From the NCBI GenBank assembly GCA_963822585.1, contig CAWGIE010000035.1:32001-96000 (forward strand): a stretch of DNA of 64,000 nucleotides. Direction: 5' to 3'. The notes beneath the pieces were generated by a model. It saw only the letters and a program-made list of their open reading frames with translations. It was not told where the DNA came from and did not search any database. The position numbers were made by a program, and so were the translations under genes. The first letter of the stretch is position 1. The number at the start of each line of letters is the position of its first letter. Shown here piece by piece: positions 10,701 to 19,850 of this stretch. This DNA comes from an uncultured bacterium. GTDB lineage: Bacteria; Auribacterota; Erginobacteria; Erginobacterales; Erginobacteraceae.

Positions 10701-13627
10701 ATTACGGGGCGCTGTACCTGAAGAAGATCCTGAGCGGCCCCCGCGATCAGGTCACCTCGGTCATCTCCCGGGGGGCGTTTATCTATGCCTCCAGCCTGGA
10801 TACCGATCTCTACGTCTGGGAAAAGAATGGGCTGAGCCTTTATGGAGTGATCGAGGATATGGCGCAGCCGTTGCAGAGCGCCTACGTGGACGGCGCCCAG
10901 ATCTTCGCCGCCGCCCGCGACGGTAATATTTACGTCTGGCAGGCGCCCTCTGGAGAAGTGAAGAAAGGCGCGGCCGCTCCCGCCCCGGTCGCTTCCCTGA
11001 CCCCGGCCTCCGCTCCCGGTTGGCTCCCCGTCCCGACGCCGGCGGAAGGAGCCGAGACAGTGGGGGATGCGGAGACGGCCGAAGAGGAGGCATTCCCCGT
11101 CCTCTATCCAACTCCGCCGGTCTATCAGTGGAAGCCCCCGGCGGAGCCCTACGATTCGCACAAAAAAACCCTCGATTACCCGCTCCTCCAGGAAACCTAC
11201 AAAAAAGTTTATCTTGATTTCTTTAATATCGCCCTCACTACTCCCACTCCTCCCCCGACGCCGGTTCCGTCGGCCACGATTCTGGGCTCGCCGACGCCGC
11301 AGGGCTATAAAACCCCGACATCGAGTAGCGGCGACGTGGTGATCAACGAGGTTGCCTGGGGAGGGACCTTAAGCTCCTCCTCGGCGCAATGGATTGAGCT
11401 GTACAACAACGGCAGTGCCTCGGTCAGTCTTGACGGCTGGAAGCTGGAGAACAACACCGCGCTCTGGGATATCTCTCTCTCCGGCTCAGTCTCTATCTCC
11501 GCCGGCGGTTATTTTGTTCTCGCTACCGCCCCCGATCCCACCGGGGGGAAGGTCAGTTACAGCTATGACAGTGCCAAGAGCATGACCGTGGGCGGGAACA
11601 ACCTGGTGCTGGTGAACGCCAGCGGTACGACGGTGGACACGGTCAACTGCGCCGGCGGCTGGTTCGCGGGCGGCCAGGGGATCTCGATGGAGCGGATCGA
11701 TCCGGGCGCCTCCGGCTCCACCGCGGCCAACTGGAACGACGCGCCGGCCACTTCAACCTACGGGTCGGGGGGCGACCTGGGCACGCCGGGAGCGAAGAAC
11801 AGCCAGCAGGTGAGTTCATCTTTCGGGGGGACTTCATCCGCGCGCGGCGCCGTCGGGGGGAGCGCCGGCGCTCAGTCCGCGGGCGAGGAAAAGAACCTCT
11901 CGCTCCAGGATTATGCCGACTGGATCGATTTCCAGAACGGCCATTACTTCAAGCTCTATGAGTGGGACCTGACCGGTCTGGATAAAAAGTACTCCCTTTT
12001 CGATTATCTTCCCAATACCGCCTTCATCTACCTGGTCACCGGGTATAAGCCGACCGGCACCTACTTCAAAGAGAACCTCCTGGAGATGATCCGGGATAAA
12101 AAGTTTTCCTGGGGAGGGGAAGAACACTGCCGTTATATAGCCGATATCGCGGAAGCATACCTGGCCGTTCTCGACCGGGGACTTTTCAGCAAGGAGGAAC
12201 GGGCGGAGATCGAAGAGAAATTTTACGCTCTGGCGATCGGCCAGCGGGAGTTTTATAACTATGGGAATTACGCCCAGGGCATTATCTGCGGCCTGAATGC
12301 CGTTGTCGGCTACATCATCGGCGGGAAACGCGGAGAGGAGATGATATCCTGGGCCAACCGGCTCCTCAGTTACGACGATACCTGGACTCTTCCGGAAAAC
12401 TCGCGGCATTATCAGGGACTTTTCATCCGGGAGATGCTTCGGGTGGCCCTTTATTCCAATCGGATGACGATCCCCGATGTCGACGGCTGGGGGGTAGCCT
12501 GGAAAGATAATTTCATCCGCCAGGTGGAGTGGATTATCGACACCTTCCCCCATAACGGGTTCAATCCGGCCTATGGCCGGGACTATCGTCAGAACTACGT
12601 GGACCATTTTTCGCTCCCGCTGATCGTTGCCACCACGGTCCTTGATGACGGCAACCCCGAGCACGTTCGCCTGGCGAAGGAGGCCAAGTGGCTGTTTCAA
12701 AAGATGATCACCTATGGAATGACGCACCGGGTCTGTGATTTCGGCCAGAATACCTACGGTTACGAAGCCGTCCAGTGGGGCCCGTTCGCGATACTGCTTA
12801 ACCCGCTGTATCTCTACTGGTTTCTGAATGAATCTCTCCTCCCCGAGCCCCCGGGGGTCGACCACCCGGGCAGTCGGGCCGTATACCGTCCCATGATGCC
12901 CCGGGGTACCATCGCCAGCGTGTACGATGAGAGCCTGAAGGAATTTGAAACCCAGCCCGACAAAATCATTCACCGCACCGGCTGGGAGGAGGACGCCCTC
13001 TTCCTGATGCTGGACCCGGCCTATCCGGCCGCTAAATCCGGGGAGAATAAATACAGCTTCGCCAATAACATCGTCAGCCTCTCCTTCGGGCCGGAGGAAT
13101 TTCTGACCGGGGTGACCATGAACTTTTTCAACGCGGCCAAGACAAATAACAATCTGGCGGATATTCTGGGGAGCTACATCGGGGCCGACCTGGTGACGTG
13201 GATCAATACCGACGAGCTTTCCCGCAGTGTCACCCGGCTCAGTGACGGGAAGAATACCTGGACCCGGGAGGTCACGCTCTATAAAACCGGTGACCGCCGG
13301 ATCGAGGTTAAAGACAGTCTTTCCCGCCGGGGCAACGTCTACTGGCATTTTCAGGGCACCCCGCAGTGGGGGGACGCGGGGGTCACTCTCGATGTCAACG
13401 GCACCCGTCTCAGCGTAACCTGGGAGGGTGCGGAGCAGGTGACGCACCGGGACCGGGCGACCTGGACGGATCCTTCGCCCACACATCGCTGGACGTATTC
13501 AGGAGATCCCGATCATGAGGTGAAACTTTATCGATCCGGCCCCGGAACCATTAGTACCACTTTCCGGGGACTGCGGGATGCCGCGGTTCAGGAAACCGAA
13601 CCGTATAAGATCATTGACAATCCATGA
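7721..13627 (+). CDS. Large secreted multidomain protein: signal peptide, Pro/Thr linkers, two WD40-like propellers, lamin-tail-like domain, C-terminal heparinase II/III-like region
   Basis: Hydrophobic N-terminus; ~40-aa V.AD..YIYG...DG.IYVW repeats at ~8950-9840 and ~10100-10945; VVINEVAW...WIELYN...GTPGA.N LTD motif at ~11330-11800; PDKIIHRTGW-type motif; start could be 7682. Confidence 0.75.
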   Translation: MRERVVNGGRPLASAVVLIGMILLSLPGGAGYGQVQASATPPSSLPLPALLRAWYWPTPSPSPSPTGVAVLSPTPKMTSAAWIPPEELFAAFGPGAQQLLGGSTVDKKEITIVYPDRTRITYDAYPETEYDTNKKTLSYPLLMEAYRAVFEEMFGIALTTPTPGATPTAVPTRTPSDYKTPVPTVTPTAEVPTPTRTPTPASIFTPSSTPTPTPSSTPTPVITLTTTPTVTPAPLMIYDLGDLWIAHTHSPGALGWRFSVTTAWEFETDIFGTVFDSTNVFNDQSDFSTETESAIWIVANNLAVTTDDGDWIALTYNGINSIKVYPPALNSALEEYFYIGSDGSTYHDFALTQLAKAVPTPTTAPTALAGRRGGKIPTPLPTASLFTGTDLPATPVPAAASTPYQIASPGTFDLVGVIPVGSPVWSVWADERFLYGGAGDGRVYIWERGPAGFYFQDSFGGYTDGNMYGLSGSGPAGSRLYGANADGTVYAWNYDIAADDLTLLAVLDQGGGFMYSVASDNSLICGANNDGNIYLWSPADFSLQTVLRQGSGPKLSVCLDDEYIYGAGAGGSLFIWSRKTLDPVNAFSPSDNIMWSAAVDSFNCYGGGSLPAVAAWSKESFTLQTSRGEPAGPIGSLSSDDRKYLYGAAPDGAVYAWSLADFSLQTALHVSGLAMNGVFADRYRPGESFPHCIFAASADGNIYVWRAERTPPPTPVPSVPPLPTPRAVTPAGSSTPAPGSSATPPPAGAGSPASSPTPARTPEEGGLSTPLPSPSPTFGTRQLVVPSPSPTPADFTLLSVLSGGDGWMFGVYADGEYIYGANEDKKIYVWSRSSYRPVGTLTVPDCKEMLSVYADSDYIYGSNDDSRVYIWDRRTFSLLRVLGDGQYYAESVFADGDYLYAANYDRSLYLWDRSDFSLQTKLAGPGGWLNAVYADTGRIYAGSGGADYNVYLWNRETQEFLKALSGPTDDLNSVQADGEYIYGGSADGNVYLWDYGALYLKKILSGPRDQVTSVISRGAFIYASSLDTDLYVWEKNGLSLYGVIEDMAQPLQSAYVDGAQIFAAARDGNIYVWQAPSGEVKKGAAAPAPVASLTPASAPGWLPVPTPAEGAETVGDAETAEEEAFPVLYPTPPVYQWKPPAEPYDSHKKTLDYPLLQETYKKVYLDFFNIALTTPTPPPTPVPSATILGSPTPQGYKTPTSSSGDVVINEVAWGGTLSSSSAQWIELYNNGSASVSLDGWKLENNTALWDISLSGSVSISAGGYFVLATAPDPTGGKVSYSYDSAKSMTVGGNNLVLVNASGTTVDTVNCAGGWFAGGQGISMERIDPGASGSTAANWNDAPATSTYGSGGDLGTPGAKNSQQVSSSFGGTSSARGAVGGSAGAQSAGEEKNLSLQDYADWIDFQNGHYFKLYEWDLTGLDKKYSLFDYLPNTAFIYLVTGYKPTGTYFKENLLEMIRDKKFSWGGEEHCRYIADIAEAYLAVLDRGLFSKEERAEIEEKFYALAIGQREFYNYGNYAQGIICGLNAVVGYIIGGKRGEEMISWANRLLSYDDTWTLPENSRHYQGLFIREMLRVALYSNRMTIPDVDGWGVAWKDNFIRQVEWIIDTFPHNGFNPAYGRDYRQNYVDHFSLPLIVATTVLDDGNPEHVRLAKEAKWLFQKMITYGMTHRVCDFGQNTYGYEAVQWGPFAILLNPLYLYWFLNESLLPEPPGVDHPGSRAVYRPMMPRGTIASVYDESLKEFETQPDKIIHRTGWEEDALFLMLDPAYPAAKSGENKYSFANNIVSLSFGPEEFLTGVTMNFFNAAKTNNNLADILGSYIGADLVTWINTDELSRSVTRLSDGKNTWTREVTLYKTGDRRIEVKDSLSRRGNVYWHFQGTPQWGDAGVTLDVNGTRLSVTWEGAEQVTHRDRATWTDPSPTHRWTYSGDPDHEVKLYRSGPGTISTTFRGLRDAAVQETEPYKIIDNP

Positions 13628-13664
13628 TCATGGTGTAGATTAATGAACACCAAGGAGAACTGTT

Positions 13665-14336
13665 ATGACCGATAAGGCGGATGACCGCGAGGTGTCCACC
13701 GGGTTATCTCGGGATATGAAACTGATCAAATTAAAACTGAAAACGCTGATCCGGACCGATGAAGCATACCTGGTCGACCTGGGCCAGGGGAAGGTCTGGA
13801 TACCGAAAAGCGCGATTAAATCGTCCCGTCGGATCGACCAGGGGATACTGGAGATCGAGGTCCTGGAGAACGTGATCCGGGAGAAGCGCCAGGAGATGCG
13901 CCGATTGAAAGAACAGCTGACCGGGCTCAAGGGTTCCATCATCGGCGAGGTCATGGAATTGAACGGGGAACTGCTCAAGGAGACGAACGACGCTCTTCTG
14001 ATCAAGGTTGGCCCCCAGGAACTGTTTATCCCCAAGGTTTGCTTCTCGGAATGGGAAGAGCTCCCCGACCATCAGTGGCGGTTTGTCATGCAGAAGGATT
14101 TTCTCGAGTTCAAGCTTCGCCAGCTTCAGCAGTCCGATAAGAGGGACGCGATAACCACCGTCCGGGTCAAGCTGATTCAGGAAACCGATCGCGCCTATCT
14201 GCTGGAGTACGATGGGATCGAAATCTGGTTCCCCAAAAGAGCAGTTATCGAGATCCAGAAACAGGGAGATGAGTGGGAGATGGTGGTGGCAACCGACTTC
14301 TGGATGTTCAAGCTGGAAAAACTGGCCGCCGGTTAG
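13665..14336 (+). CDS. Hypothetical protein with three tandem ~55-aa ETD.A.L......WxPK..I domains
   Basis: AAGGAG RBS; three internal repeats visible in the translation. Confidence 0.75.
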   Translation: MTDKADDREVSTGLSRDMKLIKLKLKTLIRTDEAYLVDLGQGKVWIPKSAIKSSRRIDQGILEIEVLENVIREKRQEMRRLKEQLTGLKGSIIGEVMELNGELLKETNDALLIKVGPQELFIPKVCFSEWEELPDHQWRFVMQKDFLEFKLRQLQQSDKRDAITTVRVKLIQETDRAYLLEYDGIEIWFPKRAVIEIQKQGDEWEMVVATDFWMFKLEKLAAG

Positions 14337-14357
14337 CCGGTCCCCGGTCTGACCCCC

Positions 14358-14825
14358 TTACCCGAAATTTTCCTCAGGGATCAGGCTGTCTCCGAACTGG
14401 CGACGCAGCCGTTCCCGGTCTTCCATGGTCATTGTTGAGAGAAGATCGTCAAACTTCACCCCGGCGGACTGCTCGAGGATAAACTTGACCAGTTCCACGA
14501 ATGCCTTGATGTTCCGGGACCGGTAAGGCGGGATTTTGCTCACCTTCTGATAAAGATAATATCTGATCTTGAGCCAGAGCGCGCCGATGTTCTTCCCCCA
14601 CTCCTTCGGAAAACCCTTCTCCTTCACCAGTTGATCCAGCCGCCAGCTGAAGTTTGTCGGGGTCGTCGGCCCTTCTTCATCAGGGAGAGACTTCGCCATC
14701 GCCCTTCCCAGCGCCAGAAAGGTATAGTGGCCGGAGTGTTGCTCTTTCTCCCGGCGCGCCAGAATAATGGCGGTGAGCATCAGGTCAATCACCTCCGGAT
14801 CAACTTTTAAGCGCTGCATGGCCAT
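14358..14825 (-). CDS. Hypothetical protein (155 aa, no recognised family)
   Basis: GGAGG RBS upstream, protein-like composition, convergent with 13665-14336. Confidence 0.7.
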   Translation of the reverse strand: MAMQRLKVDPEVIDLMLTAIILARREKEQHSGHYTFLALGRAMAKSLPDEEGPTTPTNFSWRLDQLVKEKGFPKEWGKNIGALWLKIRYYLYQKVSKIPPYRSRNIKAFVELVKFILEQSAGVKFDDLLSTMTMEDRERLRRQFGDSLIPEENFG

Positions 14826-15077
14826 TAAATTTCTTCCTCCGGAAAAAATTTTAGTTTTGAATCATGACGAAAGGCATATTATCAGCAAAATGAAAACTTA
14901 TTGATATTATTTTCAATGAATAATCGGAGTTAAAGATAACATGGAAGACATAGTGTACAATAATATTATTTTTGCTTCGTAAAAATAATAATGGTAAATT
15001 ATTACTCACGCAAAATACATCAGTTATAAATATGGGGGCGCGGGTATTGATTGGCTATTTCGGGATTTCAATAAAAG

Positions 15078-15210
15078 GCAACGGTAAGGGTAACGAAGCC
15101 CCACCTGCCCCGATTCATCGGGGTATCGGTGAGGGGTAGGGTAACGGCCGCTGCGCCAGGCGCACGTAACCGTAACCGACAAACGAAACGGGTCTCGTTA
15201 CCGTTGCCCT
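15078..15210. repeat. Hexamer-type repeats (GTAACG/GTAAGG) with partial inversion
   Basis: ggcaacggtaagggtaacg, gggtaggggtaacgg, cgtaaccgtaaccg, cgttaccgttgccc. Confidence 0.6.
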
Positions 15211-15240
15211 GACCGATTTGCGCCGGAGGCGCTAATTTAT

Positions 15241-16347
15241 ATGATTCACAAAGATTGCCGATATTATCAGGGTGACCGTCCCTGTCGCTTCCACAAGGAG
15301 GAAGGGGTTAAATGCGGCGATTGCCCGCGGTATTCCCCCTTTCGGGGCAAGATCCTGATTATCAAGCTGGACGCGGTCGGAGACGTCCTGAGGACGACCT
15401 CCCTCCTCGCCCGGCTGAAGAGGCGGTTCCCCGACAGCCATCTTACCTGGATCACCGGGAAAGCCTCCCTGCCGATCTTTGTCAATAATCCCTTCGTGGA
15501 TCGGGTCCTTCCTCTTCAGCCGGCCGGCCTGATCTGTGTTCTGGCGGAACAATTTCTCCTCTCCGTGAATCTCGACACCGCCCCCGTGAGCGCCTCGCTT
15601 CACTCCCTGGTCCGGGCCGGAGAAAAGAAAGGGTTCACCCTCGACCAGGAAGGCCGGGTATGCGCCTGCAGTCCCGCCGCGGAAGAGTGGCTGCTGATGA
15701 GTATCTTTGATGACGTGAAGAAGAATAATAACCGGACCTGCCAGAGCATCATGAGTGGGATTCTGGAGCTGCCGTCACCGGACGACGAGATCGTGCTCAA
15801 CCTTTCACCCGAAGAGCTCCTCCTCGCCCGCCGTTTTGCCCAAAAGCACGGACTGGAAGGCACGGGTCCCCTAATCGGGTTCAATACCGGCGCCGGGCGG
15901 CGCTGGAAACACAAGAAGTGGACCGAGGAAGGAACCCTGGCCCTGGCCCGCTTATGCGCGGAGCGGCTCGGGGCTACTCTTCTCCTCTACGGAGGTCCCG
16001 AGGAAGAAGAGCGGAACAGACGGCTGCTGGAGGCGGGGGAGGGGATTTTTATCGACACCGGCTGCCGGAATGACCTGCGGACCTTTTTTGCCCTTCTCAG
16101 TCTTCCGGACCTGGTCGTCACATCGGATACACTGGCGCTTCATGCCGCGCTCGGCTTGCAGAAGAAGGTGGTCGCCCTTTTCGGACCGACCTCCGCCGCC
16201 GAGATCGATCTCTACGGGCGGGGAGAAAAGGTGGTCTCCTCCGTTCCCTGCCAATGCTGCTACCGGATCGACTGCGAGGTGGTGCCTGATTGCATGGAAA
16301 GTATCACCCCGGAGATGGTCTTTGCGGCCATCCAAAAGCTTATCTAA
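15241..16347 (+). CDS. Glycosyltransferase family 9 (heptosyltransferase-like) with Cys-rich termini
   Basis: KILIIKLDAVGDVLRTT, KKW, VTSDT..LH.A..L...VVALFGPT motifs. Confidence 0.9.
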   Translation: MIHKDCRYYQGDRPCRFHKEEGVKCGDCPRYSPFRGKILIIKLDAVGDVLRTTSLLARLKRRFPDSHLTWITGKASLPIFVNNPFVDRVLPLQPAGLICVLAEQFLLSVNLDTAPVSASLHSLVRAGEKKGFTLDQEGRVCACSPAAEEWLLMSIFDDVKKNNNRTCQSIMSGILELPSPDDEIVLNLSPEELLLARRFAQKHGLEGTGPLIGFNTGAGRRWKHKKWTEEGTLALARLCAERLGATLLLYGGPEEEERNRRLLEAGEGIFIDTGCRNDLRTFFALLSLPDLVVTSDTLALHAALGLQKKVVALFGPTSAAEIDLYGRGEKVVSSVPCQCCYRIDCEVVPDCMESITPEMVFAAIQKLI

Positions 16348-16377
16348 CATAATGGTTATACGAAGCACTTTTGATTT

Positions 16378-16471
16378 ACCACGAAGGACACGAAGGACAC
16401 GAAGGTGTTATCCTAATTCAGATATTCTCTGTGTTTCTATTTTTCTTCGTGAACTTCGTGTCCTTCGTGGT
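16378..16471. repeat. CACGAAG inverted-repeat element
   Basis: accacgaaggacacgaaggacacgaag ... cttcgtgaacttcgtgtccttcgtggt around a ~40-bp AT-rich spacer. Confidence 0.9.
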
Positions 16472-16484
16472 TTTAATTGATTAA

Positions 16485-17192
16485 ATGAAAACCGTGATAA
16501 TGATTCCGACTTATAACGAGGCCGGGAGCATCGCTTCCGTCATCTCCGGACTGCTGGCTTTACCGGGGGTGGAGTGCGAGATCCTGGTTGTCGACGACGA
16601 TTCCCCCGACGGGACTTCTGGTGTCGTCGCCCATCTTGCGGAACAGGACCGGAGGGTCCATCTTCTCACCCGCCGCGAACGGCGCGGACGGGGTTACGCC
16701 GGGAAAGACGGTTTTCTCTGGGCCCTGGATCAGGGAGCGGATATCATCGGCGAGATGGACGGCGACGGTTCTCATGACCCGGCCGGTCTCCCCCGGTTGC
16801 TGGATCCGATCCGGCAAGGGGAGGCCGATGTGGTCATCGGATCGCGGTTTATCCCCGGCGGGACGGTGGAAGGAAGACAGTGGTTCCGTGATCGGATCAG
16901 CGGCTTGGCCCGCGCCTATATCCGGCGGGTTCTCGGAATCACGGCCGCCGACCCCACCTCAGGGTATCGGCTCTTCACTCGGAAAGCCCTGGAATCGATC
17001 GACACCCGCTCTCTGGCCGCGTCGGACCCGTTTATCGTCACCGAGGTTCTTTATCGCTGTTACCGAAAGAGACTCCGAATAACGGAAGTCCCGATTCTGT
17101 TCCGGCAAAGAAAGCGGGGCGTCTCCAAATTGAACAGCGTGATCCTGATCAGATACCTCCCGCGGGTCTGGAAGTTGAAGTATATAAAGTAG
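16485..17192 (+). CDS. Polyprenol-phosphate mannose synthase-like glycosyltransferase family 2
   Basis: IPTYNE, VVDDDSPDGT, MDGDGSHDP, VIGSRF, D.TSGYR, EVPI.F..R..G.SK. Confidence 0.92.
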   Translation: MKTVIMIPTYNEAGSIASVISGLLALPGVECEILVVDDDSPDGTSGVVAHLAEQDRRVHLLTRRERRGRGYAGKDGFLWALDQGADIIGEMDGDGSHDPAGLPRLLDPIRQGEADVVIGSRFIPGGTVEGRQWFRDRISGLARAYIRRVLGITAADPTSGYRLFTRKALESIDTRSLAASDPFIVTEVLYRCYRKRLRITEVPILFRQRKRGVSKLNSVILIRYLPRVWKLKYIK

Positions 17193-17210
17193 CGGCTTCG
17201 CCGCTACTTT
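17186..17210. terminator. Hairpin with TTC/GAA loop overlapping the GT2 stop
   Basis: aaagtagcggc-ttc-gccgctacttt. Confidence 0.55.
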
Positions 17211-17367
17211 AATAGTGGATCCCGATTGATGCAATCGGGGTCTGTTGTTTGAACACAACCTGTATCTATGAGGCAAGATCGTAAAAAGGATTCTCTAACT
17301 CAGCCAATATCTACCAGTTTAATTGCATGTTATAGATAGCATCAATTTTCAAAGGAATAATAAAGAA

Positions 17368-18765
17368 ATGAACGATAACTTACTGACGAAATACGGTTTC
17401 AACGAGGCTGAGTTCGACCGTTTACAGAGCGATTACCGCTCGGGCATTCTCAGCCTCCGGAGCAACCTGATTAACCATGACAACGCCTGGGAGGTCAGGC
17501 TTCCCTCCCCGGCTGACAGTACCGCCCTCCCTCCTTCCCAAAGCCCGGAGGCTGACCGGGGCAGGGAGATCATCGCCTCCGGCCGGCTCGGTCTCATTTT
17601 CATGAACGGCGGAGCGGCAACCCGGTTTCAGAAGGCGGGAGAGGACCTCCCCAAGGGCGCCTTCCCGATCATGGAAGTCGACGGCCGGATGCGCAGCTTT
17701 ATGGAACTAAAATTGGCCAATGCGCGGCAGGCCGAGCGGGAATACGGGGCCCGGGTGCCCGTCTGGATACTGAACAGCTATTTTACCGAGGATCGGACGG
17801 AGAAAATTCTGGAAGAGAATGATAACTTCGGTAAGAAGGATGTATTCACTTACTGCCAGGGGATTATGAAGAGGGTTATCCCCTCCCGGGAGGACCTGGA
17901 ACTTCACTACGGGAAATCCATCGGCAAACTCACCGGCAAGATCGAAAACTCTCCTCCCGGTGCCAAACGTGAATCTTTGGAGGAGGAGAGGAGGGTTTTG
18001 CGGGAACGCCTCTCCGGTTGGGTCGAGCGGTACGCCGGTCGGGCCGGGGACGAGGTGGAATCCGGAGACGAGAAACAAAGATACAACCCCCCGGGACATC
18101 TCGATACCACCCTCTGGCTGGTCCTGGACCGCCGCCGGCCTCTACTCATGATGCTGGAGATGGGGGTGGAATATCTGTTGATCTCCAATATCGACAATCT
18201 GGGGGCCCTGGTCGATCCGGCGCTTCCGGGATTGCTCTCCCTGCGGGAGGAAGCGGGGACCAAAATTCTTTGCGAGGTCAGTACCAAGCCGCCCGGGCAG
18301 AAAGGGGGGGCGCTGGCCCGGGTCTATGACCCGGTCCGGCAGCGCGAGTGGTGTCAGCTGATCGAGGAGTTCGCGTTTCCCCTCGATTTCGACCAGGACC
18401 GCATCCCCGAGTTCAATAACGCCGCTTACACGATTTCGGTGGCGACTCTGCTTCGCCTGTTCGACCTGACCCGGGAGGAACTCGGGAGCCTCACCCGGGC
18501 TGAACTGGTCGGGAAGGTCCGGAAGGTGACCGATCGGCTGCCGGTATATGTCGCCATCAAGGAGCTGAAGGAGAGGGAGGAGGGGGGAGAGGTTGATTTT
18601 CCGGTGGTCCAGTTCGAACGGCTGCAGGGAGATCTTACCCGCCTCCTGAGACCGCTGGCGGTCAAAACGGTTGACCGGTTCTTCCCGGTCAAGAAGCGGG
18701 AGGACATCCCGGTCGTGGTCCCCCGCCTTCGGCAGGTTCTGGACGGGAAAATTGTCATTGATTAG
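17368..18765 (+). CDS. UTP--sugar-1-phosphate uridylyltransferase, UDPGP (eukaryote-like UGPase/UAP) family
   Basis: NGG..TRF...PKG, PPGH, SNIDNL, KGG, FN, QFE, RFFPVK motifs. Confidence 0.85.
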   Translation: MNDNLLTKYGFNEAEFDRLQSDYRSGILSLRSNLINHDNAWEVRLPSPADSTALPPSQSPEADRGREIIASGRLGLIFMNGGAATRFQKAGEDLPKGAFPIMEVDGRMRSFMELKLANARQAEREYGARVPVWILNSYFTEDRTEKILEENDNFGKKDVFTYCQGIMKRVIPSREDLELHYGKSIGKLTGKIENSPPGAKRESLEEERRVLRERLSGWVERYAGRAGDEVESGDEKQRYNPPGHLDTTLWLVLDRRRPLLMMLEMGVEYLLISNIDNLGALVDPALPGLLSLREEAGTKILCEVSTKPPGQKGGALARVYDPVRQREWCQLIEEFAFPLDFDQDRIPEFNNAAYTISVATLLRLFDLTREELGSLTRAELVGKVRKVTDRLPVYVAIKELKEREEGGEVDFPVVQFERLQGDLTRLLRPLAVKTVDRFFPVKKREDIPVVVPRLRQVLDGKIVID

Positions 18766-18809
18766 AATCAGTTCTAACGAAGAGTTTGCTCGCAAAGATC
18801 GTATGCTCT

Positions 18810-18961
18810 CAAATCCTAATATCTAAGCACGAAATCCCAAATAATATCAAAGGACCAAAATATTAAATTCAAAACAAAAGCGCCGATGGTCCGAAGTTTT
18901 GAACATTTGAAATTTGGATTTAGAATTTATTTAGGATTTAGATATTAGGATTTATGATTTT
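18810..18961. repeat. AT-rich inverted heptamer-type repeat element (AAATCCC-like ... TTTGGAT-like)
   Basis: aaatcctaatatctaagcacgaaatcccaaat ... atttggatttagaatttatttaggatttagatattaggattt; same family at 24816-24997. Confidence 0.75.
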
Positions 18962-19067
18962 CGGCTTGAAACTCTGTTGGGTAGAATATAACTAGACCTT
19001 ATTGGAAAAACGTATCCCATTTAAATAGCGTTTTTTAAAAAGATTATTCGCGTCTAAGGAGGCGAAG

Positions 19068-19454
19068 ATGAAAGATAAAACTGTACTTATCATCGATGAT
19101 GATCTTGACCTGGCGGAGACGTTGAAAACGGTGCTGACGTCGCGCGGATACGCCGTTTTGCTGGCCCCGGACAGCGAAGAGGGGATCGCCCGCGCCCGCG
19201 CCGCCCGGCCCGATTGTATTATCCTCGATGTGATGATGAGAACCACGGGAGAAGGCATTACCGCGGCCCGGACATTGAAGAGCGACGCCGCGTTGAAGAA
19301 TATCCCGATCATTATGTTGACCTCGGTTGAGGAGGAGACCGGTTTCTCTTTCGATCCGGCCATTGACACCGAGTACCTGCCGGTGGACGTCTTTTTGGCC
19401 AAGCCGGTGGACCCGGGAAAACTCCTGGAAGAGATCGGGAAGCTTATCGACTAA
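19068..19454 (+). CDS. Stand-alone response-regulator receiver domain
   Basis: VLIIDDD, PDCIILDVMM (phospho-Asp), IIMLTS, AKP; AAGGAGG RBS. Confidence 0.93.
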   Translation: MKDKTVLIIDDDLDLAETLKTVLTSRGYAVLLAPDSEEGIARARAARPDCIILDVMMRTTGEGITAARTLKSDAALKNIPIIMLTSVEEETGFSFDPAIDTEYLPVDVFLAKPVDPGKLLEEIGKLID

Positions 19455-19482
19455 ATAAAGATGAACGCTCAACCGAAAAACA

Positions 19483-19834
19483 GGTAATCAGTAATCGGTA
19501 ATCAGTAATCAGTAATCAGGGGCAGGCGGCACATTAAACATCGAACGGGAAAAGGCAGAGAGCATAGCGCATGGCGCAGAGCGCCTGGAGGAGATGAATG
19601 TCCAATGACCAATCTCCCATACCCGATTTCCAAATACTGGCGCCCATAATTGGGAGTTGGCAGTTGGCCATTGGAAATTGGAAGTTCAATATGGGGGCGA
19701 GGCGGGGGGGGGCGAAAAGATGAACTTCCAACGTCGAACGTTCAACGTCCAACGTCGAACGAAAAAAAGCCAAAATTATACATCCTATTCAATCACATTC
19801 AATCGTCTGTTTTCTTAAGGGGGTGAGGGAGGGG
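19483..19834. repeat. Mosaic of four repeat families including a GGGGGCGAGG-bounded element
   Basis: (GTAATCA)n, gcagagagcatagcgcatggcgcagagcg, aatgtccaatgaccaat...attggaaattgg, then ggggcgaggcgggg-aacgtcgaacgttcaacgtccaacgtcg-atcacattcaatcgtctgtt. Confidence 0.85.
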
Positions 19835-19850
19835 CAATCGTTCTGTTAAA

